A stretch of DNA of 64,000 nt, from assembly GCF_009914755.1 (NCBI RefSeq), contig NC_060925.1, one strand, 5' to 3'. The notes beneath the pieces are model-generated. The model was not told the DNA's origin. It saw only the letters and a program-made list of their open reading frames with translations, and ran no database searches. Source of the DNA: the human T2T-CHM13v2.0 reference genome, Homo sapiens. Positions 14,540 to 32,310 of this stretch are shown piece after piece (positions within the stretch are counted from its first letter, which is position 1; the number at the start of each line of letters is the position of its first letter). A program made the position numbers and the translations under genes.

Positions 14540-15175
14540 TGTATTCAGCAAACATTTGTTAAGTACCATTATGTGCCTGGCACTGTGCAGGGGATATAAT
14601 GGTGACTCAGACAGCCACGGCCCCTGACCACACGGTGCTTCCTCTGCGGTGGAAGAGGGCAGAACATCACCACAAAGTAGCCAGAAAATACACAAAACAT
14701 CTAATTTATACAGGGCTTTAAAAATGGAGCCAAGGAGTTTGACCCTGACCCAAGAAATAAGAGGAAGTCATACAAGGTTTCTGGGTAGAGAAATAATGTC
14801 ACCAGTATTATTTGTTAAGATTAATTTGGTACAGCTTGACTGAAACAGACAACAAACAAACAAAAAACAAAACCAGAGAGAGCTAAAGGAAACAGCAGCA
14901 GAAATTCAAGGCTGAGGTTGTGCGGCCAGCAGCCTGGAAGCTGAAAGGAAATGAAGGATCAGAGTCTGCTGAAGTCCTAGAGGATTCACGGATCTACGGG
15001 ACAGTTACTGAGTATGAAATGGAAAAGAATCAATGAGCATTCCAGGGTTTTGGCTCGAATATGGGTTAGGGAGAAATTGGGAGGTAGTCAGGCTTGGGGC
15101 AGAGGTGAATTTGAACACCTAGGTGGCGTGATGTCCAGAAGGCAGATAGAGATGAAGGGTTGAAGCAAGAGACTT
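14540..15175 (-). mobile_element. L2 fragments
   Basis: TTCAGCAAACATTTGTTAAGTACC...TGTGCCTGGCACTGTG is an antisense L2 3' end. Confidence 0.65.
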
Positions 15176-15182
15176 AAAAAGG

Positions 15183-15454
15183 GGGCTCACGCCTGTAATC
15201 CCAGCACTTTGGGATGCTGAGGCGAGCAGATCACCTGAGGTTGGGAGTTCCAGACCAGCTTGACCAACATGGAGAAACCCTGTCTCTGGTAAAGATACAA
15301 AAAAACAGCCAGGCATGGTGGCGCATGCTACTCAGGAGGCTGAGGCAGGAGAATTGCTTGAACCCAGGAGGCGGAGGTTGTGGTGAGCTGAGATTGCACC
15401 ATTGTACTCCAGCCTGGGCAACAAGAGCGAAACTCCGTCAAAAAAAAAAAAAAA
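15183..15454 (+). mobile_element. AluS with small deletions
   Basis: Alu consensus. Confidence 0.88.
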
Positions 15455-16307
15455 TCCAAGGAGGTGAGGACTGAACTGGAGAAAGGGCTATGTAAGGAGG
15501 ACAGGGAATGTGCAACTGGCAAAGTGAAAAGGAAGGACCGAGACGCATCACAGAGCTTTAAAGGCTTGTCAATGGTGTCACAAATGCATTTACACAGATT
15601 TACAGCTAACAAAATAATTCCACTATTTCCTCACTTAATACTTTTAATACTCAAAACGCCTTGAGGTTGGTATCAGACTCCCATTTTACAGATAAAAATC
15701 CCGAGGATCGGAAAGATCAAGTGACTTATTGAAGATGGAGGAGGAGTTTATTTGGTTATGGACCCCTAACCCGAAAGATTGTTAGAAACTAATAATGTGT
15801 AGCCTAACTCAAACCAAACTTAGTTCATGAAAGTGAAAGGCAACATAGAAGGAAGAGGCGTTTACAATATATATATATACCAGATCAACGATTCATCCAA
15901 ATTATATAAGTAACCAATAAAAGCCTTCCTTATTAATGGCTATGCTCATGACACTAATAGAAATACACGGCATTCATTTGACAGTCGCATATCCACTGCT
16001 ATGTCAAGCATTTCCATGCACTCCCACTTCATTCCCACAAAAGCTCTACGACAGTAAAACTGTCTGGATTTTCTGGATGAACGGGCTCAGACAGGTTAGG
16101 TAATTTGCCCCCCACAAAACCTGCTAGAAACTCAAACTTGGATCTGACTCCTGCGGCTGTGCTCTCTATCTTCACAATGACCCCTTTTGAAGCTCCACCA
16201 CTGTCCCAGGACATTCAAATCATCACCAATGAATGCTCCTTGATGCTTAAACACGCAAGGGGTGGGCTAGGTGATTTCAGTTGTCCTTCACTTAAAACCC
16301 CTGAATT

Positions 16308-16515
16308 GCCTGGGCGTGGTGGCTCACGCCTGTAATCCCAGCACTTTGGGAGGCTGAGGTGGGCGGATCACGAGGTCAGGAGATCGAGACCATCCTGGCT
16401 AACAGAGTGAAACCCCGTCTCTACCAAAAATACAAAAAATTAGCTGGGCGTGGTGGCGGGCGCCTGTAGTCCCAGCTACTCGGGAGGCTGAGGCAGGAGA
16501 ATGGTGCAAACAAAC
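16308..16515 (+). mobile_element. AluY lacking the distal right arm but retaining its TSD
   Basis: TSD AAAA(C/A)CCCTGAATT at 16294-16307 and 16516-16529. Confidence 0.88.
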
Positions 16516-18274
16516 AAAAACCCTGAATTCTATCACATCTTTGTTGAGGACAGAGGTCAGGCTGACCTACACTGATTTTGGAAGTTTGGCTCCTACAGCC
16601 ATTTTAGGTTTCACTTTGGAAAGAGCTTAGCAGAGAAATAATCAAATCACAAATGAGTCAGAAAAGCTGAACAAAGAAACAGATAAAACAATTCTAAAAA
16701 GTTTCTACAAATAGGAACAATTTTTGAAACTTAAGTGAGTTCTACTTAACACAGAGTTAAGGAAAAAACTTACAAAACACAATACCTCCAAGATGGCAAT
16801 ATAAATTTGAAAAAAAGATTACACAATTAGTAACAACAGAATCCCAAAGACTGAAAAAAAAAAAAAAAAGCAGGAAGCACATCACCTGTAAGGTTTACGG
16901 GGCAGAGAAGGAATCAGGTCTTGCAGCACACATCTCGGCTACAATCACAGAATTCAAGAACAAATGGGCCCAAGGTGCAAAAATCCTGACTCCCAATCAG
17001 AGGTCATTGCAAGGGCTCAGGAAATCTTCTGCTACCATTGTACAACTTGGTTTTCATTACTCTTCCTGGTCATGTTCATATATATATTTGTTGCCCTTGA
17101 GACTAATAGAAAATCAAAAGGCCCCAGTCTCTAGAAACAAGCTCCAGAGTTGCACCAAAATTGATGGCTCAGATCCTATCTTCACAGTAAGAAATCGGCT
17201 TATTTCTCCCTAAAAGCCTGACCTTATACCTTCTGTCATTCGTGTTCATCCGTTATACCCTGCCTACTCATGCAGACTTCTTGTGGTTGATCTCTATTGG
17301 CTTGGCATTTTACTGCTGAAGAATTTTCTGGCTCCTGTCAACTAGGGAGGGTAGGCTGCACACTCAAAACATGCAGAAGTGGTTCCAACAGTCCATGAGC
17401 CAAACAGGAATCCAGCTGTCAGATTTTCATCTCGAAGGAGGTTCCACTCCAAGCTGCAAGCTCCTTCCAGGGACTGCAATCTGTACCAGGCATATGCTGT
17501 AACAGTGGTAATAATGCAGCAATGTTCTCAATTGTCTTCTTTTTAAGAAATGTGTGACTCCTTTAAAAAATATATGCTATTTTATTTTTTCATCTGTTGT
17601 CTTACATCCTTTCTTAAACAAAGGTGTAAGTAAGTAAAATTAAAATGAAAGGTTAATAAAAAGCAGACAATAAAATTCTACAGCCAAGCAAAGCATGTTG
17701 CTCTCATGTCCCGTTTTCCATTGTTTTATTACTAAATTCACAGCAAATACAAAAGTTTTCCATTGAATTCTCTTTAAGAAAGAAAATAAAAGAGGTGTTT
17801 TGGTAGATAATGCAAAATTAGAGCATTAACATTTCAAGAAGCAATTGTTTGAAATGCCCAAAGCAGAAAATAACTGGCTTATAGATCATTAAAGAAACAC
17901 ATTGTGAAATGTAACCTCACGTTTGCCAATCACATTATGAGATGACATTGGAAGTGGTGGGGCATCCTCAACAGCCCCCTCCCTGCACACAGGCAGCTTC
18001 TCTAAACTCCACTTCCCGGGCACCCTCTTGGGCCCACCCCTGCCCCCAGCTCTGCCTCCTCTCTGCTTGGCTCACAACTATCCTATCTTTACCCCAAACA
18101 CCCAAAAAATGTTATCCTTGAGCCTGCACCCTACTCCCATACTTAGCCCCAACTTCCAGGAAAGCTCCCTATCCCCATGTCAACTTTCCAGGAAGCACAA
18201 GTTCAGAGAGATCACTGTCTTTTAAAAAGAACAAACTCAGTGTTTTGAACAGAAAGTAAAAAATGCTTCAGGAA

Positions 18275-18878
<604 letters not shown>

Positions 18879-19007
18879 TCAGGAATTTCATAAACTAATG
18901 CTTAGCATACATTCTAGCACTATGATTTTTAGTAATATTACAAGTGGATAGCAAAGTTCATCCTTAGCCAGGATGAAGCATACCAAGTATGTCTTTCACA
19001 TTTTTAA

Positions 19008-19346
<339 letters not shown>

Positions 19347-19481
19347 TTTTATTTATTATTATTTTTATAGACGGAGTCTCGCTTTTTATAGACAAAGTCT
19401 CGCTCTGTCGCCCAGCCTAGAGTGTGGTGGTGTGACTGCAGCTCACTGCAGCCCCAAACTTCTAGGTTCAAGCAATCCTCC

Positions 19482-20276
19482 TGTAACCAAGTACCCCCAT
19501 TTTTTTTTTTTTTTTTTTTTTGGAGACAGAGTCTCGCTCTGTTGCCCAGGCTGGAGCACAGTGGTGCGATCTCTGCTCACGGCAACCTCCACCTCCCAGC
19601 AGAGATTCTCCTGCTTCAGCCTTATGAGTAGCTGGGATTACAGGCGCCCGCCATCAAGTCTGGCTAAGTTTTGTATTTTTAGTAGAGATGGGGTTTCACC
19701 ATGCTGGCCAGGTGGGTCTTGAACTCCTGACCTCAAGTGATCCGCTGGCCTCAGCCTCCCAAAGTGCTGGGATTCACAGGCATGAGCTACCATGCCCAGC
19801 CCCATTTTTTCTAAGAGATAGTTTAATTATTTTCTCCTCTCCCCCTTTCCCCGGTACCCTGCTTCCTACTTAGCCCTTTAGAAATGCAAATATAACCTTT
19901 CCCCTCCCCCTCACCAGACATCTTCTATGGGGCAAGTTCAGCTAACTACGTGCTCCAAGACGGATCTCTTGACAGTGGATTTGCAGACCAAATCATGTCC
20001 CCATGGCCACTTTTACTTCTTTCTGCCCAGGAAGATGCCAACTCAATTGCCAGTTAGATAAAGTACCCAGATAGCAGGGGGACCCCTGCCCTTGCTCATT
20101 TCCTCCTATACCTTATAAAAGTGCCTGCTTTCTGCTCTAAAAGTGAAGCGGTACAGCAGGACATCGTGCCCCTTCCCCAAGCTGACTTCAGAGTAAATTC
20201 ACTGGCTTTGTATGCGCCTCACTCTTGTTAACTGGACTCTGCATGCGGTAAACAACTGACCTGCTTTTCGGCTGCA
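19482..20276 (+). mobile_element. Solo ERV1 LTR (MER66-like) interrupted by an antisense AluS (19500-19801)
   Basis: TGTAACC...GGCTGCA termini, TATAAAA near 20114, flanking CCTCC repeat (19477-19481, 20277-20281). CCCATTTTT is duplicated around the inner Alu. Confidence 0.78.
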
Positions 20277-20348
20277 CCTCCACCTTAGGCTGGACTACAG
20301 GTTACAGCTCATGCCACCATGCCCAGCTAATTAAAAAAAATTTTTTTT

Positions 20349-20840
<492 letters not shown>

Positions 20841-21175
20841 TTAAAGATGGAGTCTTGCTACGTTATGCCAACCCAGGCTGGTCTCAAACTCCTGGACTTA
20901 AGTTATCCTCCTGCCTTAGCCTCCTAAGGTGCTGGAATTACAGGTGTGAGCCACCCCCCAATCCTTATGTCTTTTTTTAAAGTAAGCAAAACTTCAAACT
21001 TATCAAAATCCAAGAAATAACAATATATATTAACTAAATACCTACTTATGACAGGCAATTTATATACATTCTCAGCACCTAGCAACGCACATACCACACA
21101 GGTCATCCTGGCCTACAGTAAGTGCTTAAGCCATTATTACCTGTTACCTACATTCTAACATTAAAGAAACTGATG

Positions 21176-21511
<336 letters not shown>

Positions 21512-22987
21512 TTACTAGCGTTGAAGCATAGAACTTCCAGAAGAGTAAAATGGGATTTGAATACTGGACTCCAGCTGCAAAGCCCTACATAGTGGCCTCC
21601 CTCTATCCCATTGTTAACTAAGAAGTACTGGTGCCTCCATTCTGCAGGTAAGTAGAGGCTGAGGTTAAATGACTCGTTGAAGGTCACACAAGAGGCAGGC
21701 AGCATGGGCTGAAATTCTTGCTTCTCAGCCTCTTGGCTTACAGAACACCCTATGGAATGCAGACATCTGAATAAGTTGTTTTTGGACAACCGAGGCTTAA
21801 TTCTATGTGCCTGAGGCACACATTTAACTGGAGTCATTATAAATATCAAACTTTAACATAATGTAGTAGATGGAAAATGAAGGAACTGACCTTTTCAGAG
21901 CCATCTTTATTTTTTATTAAGACAAAATTAACTGCCCATCATGAAGTTTGATAAGAAAGCAATAAATGTGTAAACACACACCACCTCACTGCTTTAGGTA
22001 TTTGAGTCGCTCAAATTGGCACAGTTGAGCCTTTTACATGTCAATTTCTGCAGATGGCTGAGTCAGTGGTCCTGATTGGAGGGTCTGCTGTCTCCTTCTT
22101 TGTGGGTGACTTTGACCCTAGGACAATCTTGCCAGTGACCAGGGGACCTTCCTCTACTCTTCTAGCCCTTCCTTTCCATCTGCAGCTCAAACTCAACTGT
22201 TGGGCCTCACTCTGTGGCTGTAACCTGCAGCTAAGGAAACCCCAACAACACACAATTGTGAAAATAATGATCTACCCTGTACCAGAGAAGGAATGAAAAT
22301 GCAGGGACTTGGGGTAAACTTTTTACTGGTAGGTGATACTTTTGTACTTCTAGTTTCATGGCTGTTCTGGAAGGATGAAGATCTCAGAACACTGACCTCC
22401 ATATATGGACTGCAAGAAAAAAACTATTTATTAACAACTTCATTTTTTACTTAACTGTGTTTTTCCAAAAGTGTTTAAAAGTTGAAAAGGAGGATGGCTC
22501 CTTAAGGTTAAAACAATTGGGACCAGAGGTCTTCAAACAGGTTACAAACACTGCAAAAATGAAATTCTTTCAAAGACAATGATAAAGTTAGAACTGTAGC
22601 CATTTGTCTTGGGAATAAATTAGGTTTGAAATGTGTCAATTAAATTTCCTAATTAATGGATCAGGTAAATTTAACTCTGATTTATAGTTAAGGAATCCTT
22701 TCTCCAAATAAATTTTGGAAAATCATCCTGGAAATCTCAGAGGAGTGAGATTTTAGGAACCAGATGATGCATCTAACACTAAACCAGAAAACCTGTCTGG
22801 CTTTGGTGTGCCCAGTGAGTGATAAAGTACTCCCTCCTCTCAGTGTGAGGCAGGCACGACAGATGATGGCCCTGCTCTGTAAACAGGAAATCTAGAAGGA
22901 GAATCATTAAAGATCATGTGTCTTGTCATAGGAGAACGGGGGGTCCTTTCCAGCTGCCTGCTTCACTCTCTCCAACGGCGGCAACAA

Positions 22988-23357
22988 TGGGGTCTCCAAC
23001 CTTTTAGCACCACGGACTGGTTTCATGGAAGATAATTTTTCCACAGACTAGTGGGAGTGGAATGAAACTGTTCCACCTGGGATCATCAGGCATTAGTCAA
23101 ATTCTCATAAAGAGGACCTAACCTAGATCCCTTGCATGTGCAGTTCCCAATAGGGTTCATGCTCCTATGAGAAGCTAATGCCACCACCAATCTGACAGGC
23201 AGAGCTCAGGCGGTGATGCTTGCTTGCCCGATGCTAACCGCTTGCTTGCCCGACGCTAACCGCTTGCTTGCCCACCACTCACCTCCTGCTGTGCGGCCCA
23301 ATTCCTAACAAGCCACAGACCAGTACTGGTCCATGGCCAGGGGGTTGAGGACCCCTG
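22988..23357 (+). mobile_element. MER1-like hAT-Charlie MITE with an internal 22-bp tandem duplication
   Basis: GGGGTCTCCAACC...GGTTGAGGACCCCTG termini; (GCTTGCTTGCCCGAYGCTAACC)x2 near 23218-23273. Confidence 0.8.
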
Positions 23358-23475
23358 CTCTAGAATACAAATTTAAGGGGATATTTTAAAGTTTAAATCC
23401 TGGAGAGGGAGATTCTTCAGCTGATTGTTGACATTTCTATATTAATCCAATTATATACCTCTATTATGCTTATAA

Positions 23476-23754
23476 TTTTTTTTTTTTTGAGACAGAGTCT
23501 TGCTCTGTCACCCAGGCTGGAGTGCAGTGGCGCAATCTCGGCTCACTGCAAGCTCCGCCTCCTGGGTTCACACCATTCTCCTGCCTCAGCCTCCTACAGG
23601 CGCCCGCCACCACGCCCGGCTAATTTTTTGTATTTTTAGTACAGACGGGGTTTCACCGTGTTAGTCAGGATGGTCTCCATCTCCTGACCTCGTGATCCGC
23701 CCGTCTTGGCCTCCCAAAGTGCTGGGATTACAGGCTTGAGCCACGCGCCCAGCC
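23476..23754 (-). mobile_element. AluY-like with a short internal deletion
   Basis: TSD TATGCTTATAATTTT. Confidence 0.9.
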
Positions 23755-24325
23755 TATGCTTATAATTTTAAAGTAGGATTCCCTGGTTTTGTCTAGAATT
23801 GTTTCCATTTGAGATTTCTAAAGAAAACTCTCTGAACTCTACTGAACATTGAGAGTTTTGAGGACACTCTTTTGAAGGTACTTTGAAGTATCAGTGGGAA
23901 CAGGGCCTTGCCTCTCACAGCTATACTTAAATGGCAACTACTCTAGAACTGACAGCAAACACACAAACAGGTATTAAGATATTCTTCCAACCACACATTA
24001 AGATTTAAGATTACTCTGACTTTTTTCCAACTAAATCACGTTATTTCAACTTCACGTTTGATTTCACACAAAAAATTCCAGCAAATATCAAGTTCAGACA
24101 TCACCTTCAGAGCTTCTAATGGAATCCCGGGATGGAAAACCAGCACACCACACCTGAGTATGACATTTAACACCGAGTTTGCTGACGAAGACAACAGAAA
24201 GTGACTTCTGCAAGGGAGCATGTTTCATATGGATTTAACCTATAGCCATATAGCCATAAATATGGAAAGTGCCTTCACTCATTGGGAGAAGTAAAAAAAA
24301 AAAAAAAATTTAAGAAATATTTTTT

Positions 24326-24978
24326 GGCTGGGTGCAGTGGCTCATGCCTGTAATCCCAGCACTTTGGGAGGCTGAGATGGGTGGACTGCTTGAGCTCAGG
24401 AGTTTGAGACCAGCCTGGGCAACACAGTGAGACCCTGTCTCTACAAAAACTACAAAAATCAGCCAGCTGTGGTGGTGTGTGCCTGTAATACCAGCTACTC
24501 TGGTGGCTGAGGTGGGAGGATCACCTGAGCCGGGGAAGGTCGAGGCTGCTATGAGCCACGACTGCACCACTGCACTCCAGCCTGGGTGAAGTCTAATTAT
24601 ATATATAAATATATATATTTATATATAAATATTTATATCTATGTTTTTATATATACTTCATCCTTAAGTCTAATAACAGTGACAGGCCTGGCCAGGCATG
24701 GTGGTTCATGCCTGTAATCCCGGCACTTTGGGAGGCAGAGGTGGGAGGATCGCTTGAGCTCAGGAGACCAACCTGGGCAACACAGAGAGACCCTGTCTCT
24801 ACAAAAGATACAAAAATTAGCTGGGTATGGTGGCATGTGCCTGTGGTCCTAGCTACTAGCGAGTCTGAGGTGGGAGCACCTGAGCCCGGGGAAGTCAAGG
24901 TTGCAGTGCACCATGATCCACCTCTGCACTTCAGCCTGGGCAACAGAGTGAGACCCTGTCTCTAAACAAACAAACAAA
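24326..24978 (+). mobile_element. Two AluJ elements (24326-24589, 24689-24978) separated by an AT-rich tract
   Basis: Alu consensus. Confidence 0.85.
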
Positions 24979-25308
24979 ATTTCTTTGGCTCCCATCCGTA
25001 AGTCCAAAAACAATGACAGGCTCTACAGTTTCAGCAGTTTCAAGGTATACCTTTGACAAAATCTTCACCTAGGACTCTGGCTAAAACTATTACTCTAGAC
25101 CTGCTTGATCATCTGCAGCAGCTGCCTACGGTTCAGTACGCCTGATAAATGGCTGCTCAATTACTGACAACCCAGACTAAGTACGAATGATTTCAGAAAG
25201 GCTGGCTTCATTTATTGCTTGACTTCTAAAAACTGGAAAAAAAGTATAACTAGCCAGACATCTTCATTTAAAGGGAAAGAGACTTAAGGCTAAATAAGTG
25301 ATTAGCCC

Positions 25309-25442
25309 ATTAAAACCTAGATGATGGGTTGATGGGTGCAGCAAACCACCATGGCTCATGTTTACCTATGTAACAAACCTGCACGTTCTGCACATGTATC
25401 CTGGAACTTAAAGTATAATTTAAAAAAAAAAGGAAAAAAAGG
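25309..25442 (+). mobile_element. Severely 5'-truncated L1PA insertion
   Basis: L1PA 3' end GGGTGCAGCAAACCACCATGG...AACCTGCACGTTCTGCACATGTATCC plus polyA. TSD AGTGATTAGCCC at 25297-25308 and 25443-25454. Confidence 0.9.
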
Positions 25443-25596
25443 AGTGATTAGCCCGAAGTGTTGATTAATGAGAACAAGAACCCCCAGGTGCCCTATGGCA
25501 GCCTAACAAAATCTGCAATTCCCAAAGATATTTCACTGGACATTCTCATAGTACAGTGGCCCATACATTCGAGGGATTCTTTCATGAGGTGCTCAG

Positions 25597-26077
25597 TATC
25601 AAGCCTCTGAGCCCAAGCTAAGCCATCATATCCCCTATGACCTGCACATATACATCCAGATGGCCTGAAGCAACTGAAGATCCACAAAAGAAGTGAAAAT
25701 AGCCAGGTCCTGCCTTAACTGAAGATATTCCACCATGGTGATTTACTCCTGCCCCACCCTAACTGGTCAATTGGCCTTATGACAATACACGCTCCCCGCC
25801 CTTGTGATAATGTACTTTGTGATATTCCGCCCTTAAGAAGGTACTTTGTAATATTCTCCCCACTCTTGAGAATGTACTTTGTGAGATCCACCCCCTGCCC
25901 ACAAAAAATTGCTCCTAACTCCACCGCCTATCCCAAACCTATAAGAACTAATGATAATCCCACCACCCTTTGCTGACTCTCTTTTCGGACTCAGCCCATA
26001 CGCACCCAGGTGATTAAAAAGGTTTATTGCTCACACAAAGCCTGTTTGGTGGTCTCTTCACACGGACGCGCGTGACA
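25597..26077 (+). mobile_element. Solo HERV-H LTR (LTR7, probably LTR7C)
   Basis: GCCTCTGAGCCCAAGCTAAGCCATCATATCCCC start, TACTTTGT repeats, TATAAGAA, ATTAAA, and a CACACGGACGCGCGTGACA end. TSD CTCAG/CTCAA. Confidence 0.92.
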
Positions 26078-26139
26078 CTCAAGGATACAGTACCAGAACT
26101 AGCAGCTTTGTAGTCCAAGGACTGGTAAGGTAAGGTGAC

Positions 26140-26385
26140 AGACTAGCATGGAGCTCACAAGCTGGGCTCCAGAGTCAGACTGCCTGGGTTGAGTTCAGGC
26201 TCTTGCACTTTCTAGTAGTGTGACTTTAGACACACTACTTAATCTCTCTATGCCTTGGTTTCCTCAAGTGTAAATCAAGGGCTATCATAATACTTACCTT
26301 AAGAGCTATCCTCAGAATTAAATGAGATAACAGTACAAAGTTCATTCAGCATAGTGGTCCCACACAAGATAAGTTTGTATTATTA
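26140..26385 (+). mobile_element. MIR
   Basis: GAGTCAGACTGCCTGGGTT...TGTGACTTTAGAC...GGTTTCCTCAAGTGTAAA core. Confidence 0.75.
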
Positions 26386-26959
26386 ACATCACATAGACTA
26401 ATATTTACTGACAACACACACTGAACCCGCTTTGGTTAGCATAGCCAAACTTGGCTAGCTTTCATTACCACTGGAAAACCTGAGAGATGGAATTAGGAAT
26501 TCTCTGGCAGGGCTGAAAAGTCTGGACCCATCGGCTTAAAGAAACTGATCCACCTCATGACCTGACCCTGGAAGCCTTCTCGCCCTTCACACCTATCTCA
26601 ACTCCAGACTAGTCAAGAACAAAGGAGTGTAGTGGGGCCCTACTACTGCCAGGCTATGTGAGACTCTCTCATGTTATCTTTTATTCGTTGAGGAGACAGG
26701 GTACAAGTGCTTGGTGTGAATGTTGAAGCTGTTGTTAGGGCACCACTTTTCTGGCCTAGGGCTTCTTCCTAATCTGCAGCCTCCGAGCCGAGGGTCTGTG
26801 TCCCGGAGGCTCTGCCTGCAATTTCTGGACATCGGGTCCAGGGGAATGAAAGAGGGCATGAGACGCGTGCCTCTGAGGCTGGACCCACTTCAGAGGCAGA
26901 GCGTCCCCACGAAAGACTCGGGAACCGGAAAAAGCCCTAAGGACGTTCCCTAGTGGCCT

Positions 26960-28096
<1,137 letters not shown>

Positions 28097-29106
28097 TAGA
28101 AAGGGAAACTTTGAAGTCACCTCCAGGAGATTGTCATCCTCTGGGAGACAAACCCCTGTGATACCACCTGTTACCCCACTGGCCCCAAACTCCTGGAAGA
28201 AGCGCGAGGTGCCCCCAGTGCAGGGTGCATCCGGATCCTAGATATCCCCCAAATGACATTTGTTCCTACCTCCATTGTCTTTTCTCTTGGCCACCCAGAA
28301 GCCTTCCTGCCCAGAACAGGCCTCCTCATTTTAGTTATTTGTTATTGCTCTAATTTAGGAGCACCTGGCCATCTTTTCTGCTGCTTAAATGACAAAGCAA
28401 TAACTATTTGGTTCCTGATATAATTGTCTCTGGCAGGCATGTGTACCTGCAGTCCCTACCCCAGAGCCATTCTCCTGTAAATTTCTCCCTTATAATTTAT
28501 CGGTGGAGTCTAATTGATTTCAACCTGGTGCCTGCTGTTTGGTGCATTATTAAAGATGTCTTGGTTACAACAATCTAAATAATTTAAAGGTCTTCGAAAT
28601 GACGCCATTGTCAAGGGAAGGTGGACAGCAGCCCACTCTTGCCACCTGTTTGGTTCCCGCTGACCTGCGCAAGTCTCAGAAACCTTTGTTGTTCCTTCAC
28701 TAACCACCAGTCCATAGCCATCCCCGTTGCCCTTCATAAGCGGGTCTCCTGGGAAGCCCCGAACACCTGTCTGTGGATTTGAGAGGCTGATTTCTTTCTC
28801 TTTCTAATTTTTGGCCAGATGTGCACCATCTGGGCCTGTGTCTCATCCCTTCCAAGTTGCCCAGCCCTCTTAGGATCTTTTGGCATGAGACACTTCGGTG
28901 TGCTGAGACAGATTGTTCGGGTGGGTTGAGTCAGCCTGAAACAAACTGTCAGCCCAGGTTGTAAATTAAGGGCTATTTCTTTAGTTGTGTGAAGCTTCTC
29001 CACAACAGCTTCCATGGTCCATCAGCTCTTCCAGCAATGTTATGGGCTTTGCCTTTTTCTCCTTTGCAGAGAAAAGAGCTGTGGTTAGGGCCAAACTGCA
29101 TGCTGA

Positions 29107-29819
<713 letters not shown>

Positions 29820-30321
29820 TCCTTAGGTTTGTAGACATTAATTGGGCCATAATGCTTACTTGGGTAGAGAAGTTCTTTGCCATCCCTCCTCTGCTTTGGA
29901 AAACACAGCCTCTAGGAATTATATAAATGGAACATAACATATGTTTCACTACGCCCAGGTCTGTGTTTCTATGATTGAGAATGACCTGGTTTTTATCACC
30001 ACTCAAACAAGATAAATAGTGACTCAGGAATGCTCTGTGGCTGTCCTCTCTTGGGCCCACGAGATTTTGTGTTATGGTTACTTGGAAAGTGGTGGTGATA
30101 AATAGAAAGCTAACTTAGATGCTCCACAGGCTTGAGGAATGTATCTGTTTCTGAGGCTGGCTCTCTCGTTTCTCTCCTCCAAAACCCTAATCTTCAACGG
30201 GCAAAATAATGGAAACCAAAGGCAGTACAAATTTATAAGTTAAAAATGCACATCCAACAAACTACTCACGCCGAGCAACTGACAAAACCCAGCCGCTTTA
30301 ACTCATGCCTTGCACTTTGTT

Positions 30322-31435
<1,114 letters not shown>

Positions 31436-31601
31436 CCATCTTTAAATAGTAAACATAAGAATATTTACCTCCACCATGATTCATATGCAGAATGACCCCA
31501 AAACATTTTGGCTTCCAGCACAGCTACTCTGTGTAGCCGCTCAGGAAGGTTTCTCTGTTAATGGCTCAGTCCAGTTCTGGGACCCTCCCTATAGCACTGG
31601 A

Positions 31602-32310
31602 GGTAGGTTGCCAGATGAAATACACTATGCTCAGCTATATTTGCATTTTAGATGAACAATGAAGAATTTTTTAGTATAAGTATACCAAGGACTGGGTGCA
31701 GTGGCTCATGCCTGTAATCACATCACTTTGGGAGGCCAAGGTGGTCAGATCTCTTGAGCCCAGGAGTTCAAGACAAGCCTGGGCCACATGGTGAAACCCC
31801 CAACTCTACACAAAATGCAAAAATTAGCCAGGCATGGTGGCACATGCTTTTGGTCCCAGCCACTTGGGAGGCTGAGATGGGAGGATCACCAGAGCCCGGG
31901 GAGGTCGAGGCTGCAGTGAGCTGTGATAATGCCACTGCACTCCAGCCTGGGTGACAGATTGAGACCCTGTCTCAAAAAAAAAACAAAACATATATATATA
32001 TATATATACATACACACACACACACACACACACACATCACATTGTATGGGGATGTATACATATACTAAATAACTACTTTTCTGGGAATCCTGCTTTATTT
32101 TTTTATTTTATTTTATTTTTTTGAGATGGAGTCTTGCTCTGTTGCCCTGTCTGGAGTGCAGCAGCATGATCTTGGCTCACTGCAACCTCCGCCTCCTAGG
32201 TTTAAGCAATTCTGGTGATCAGCCCACCTTGGCCTCCCAAAGTGCTGGGATTACAGGCGTGAGCCACCATACTGGCCAGAATCCTGTATTTTGATTTGTA
32301 ACCCCAGCTG
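31602..32310. mobile_element. MER33-like MITE interrupted by a plus Alu (31689-31988, followed by (TA)n(CA)n) and a deleted minus Alu (32095-32278)
   Basis: GGTTGCCAGATGAAATACAC...TTTAGTATAAGTAT start; Alu consensus. Confidence 0.65.

Noticed and set aside
13592-14695. Hydrophobic minus-strand ORFs (124 and 163 aa)
   Set aside because: Low-complexity T-rich and L2-derived sequence with no supported splice context.
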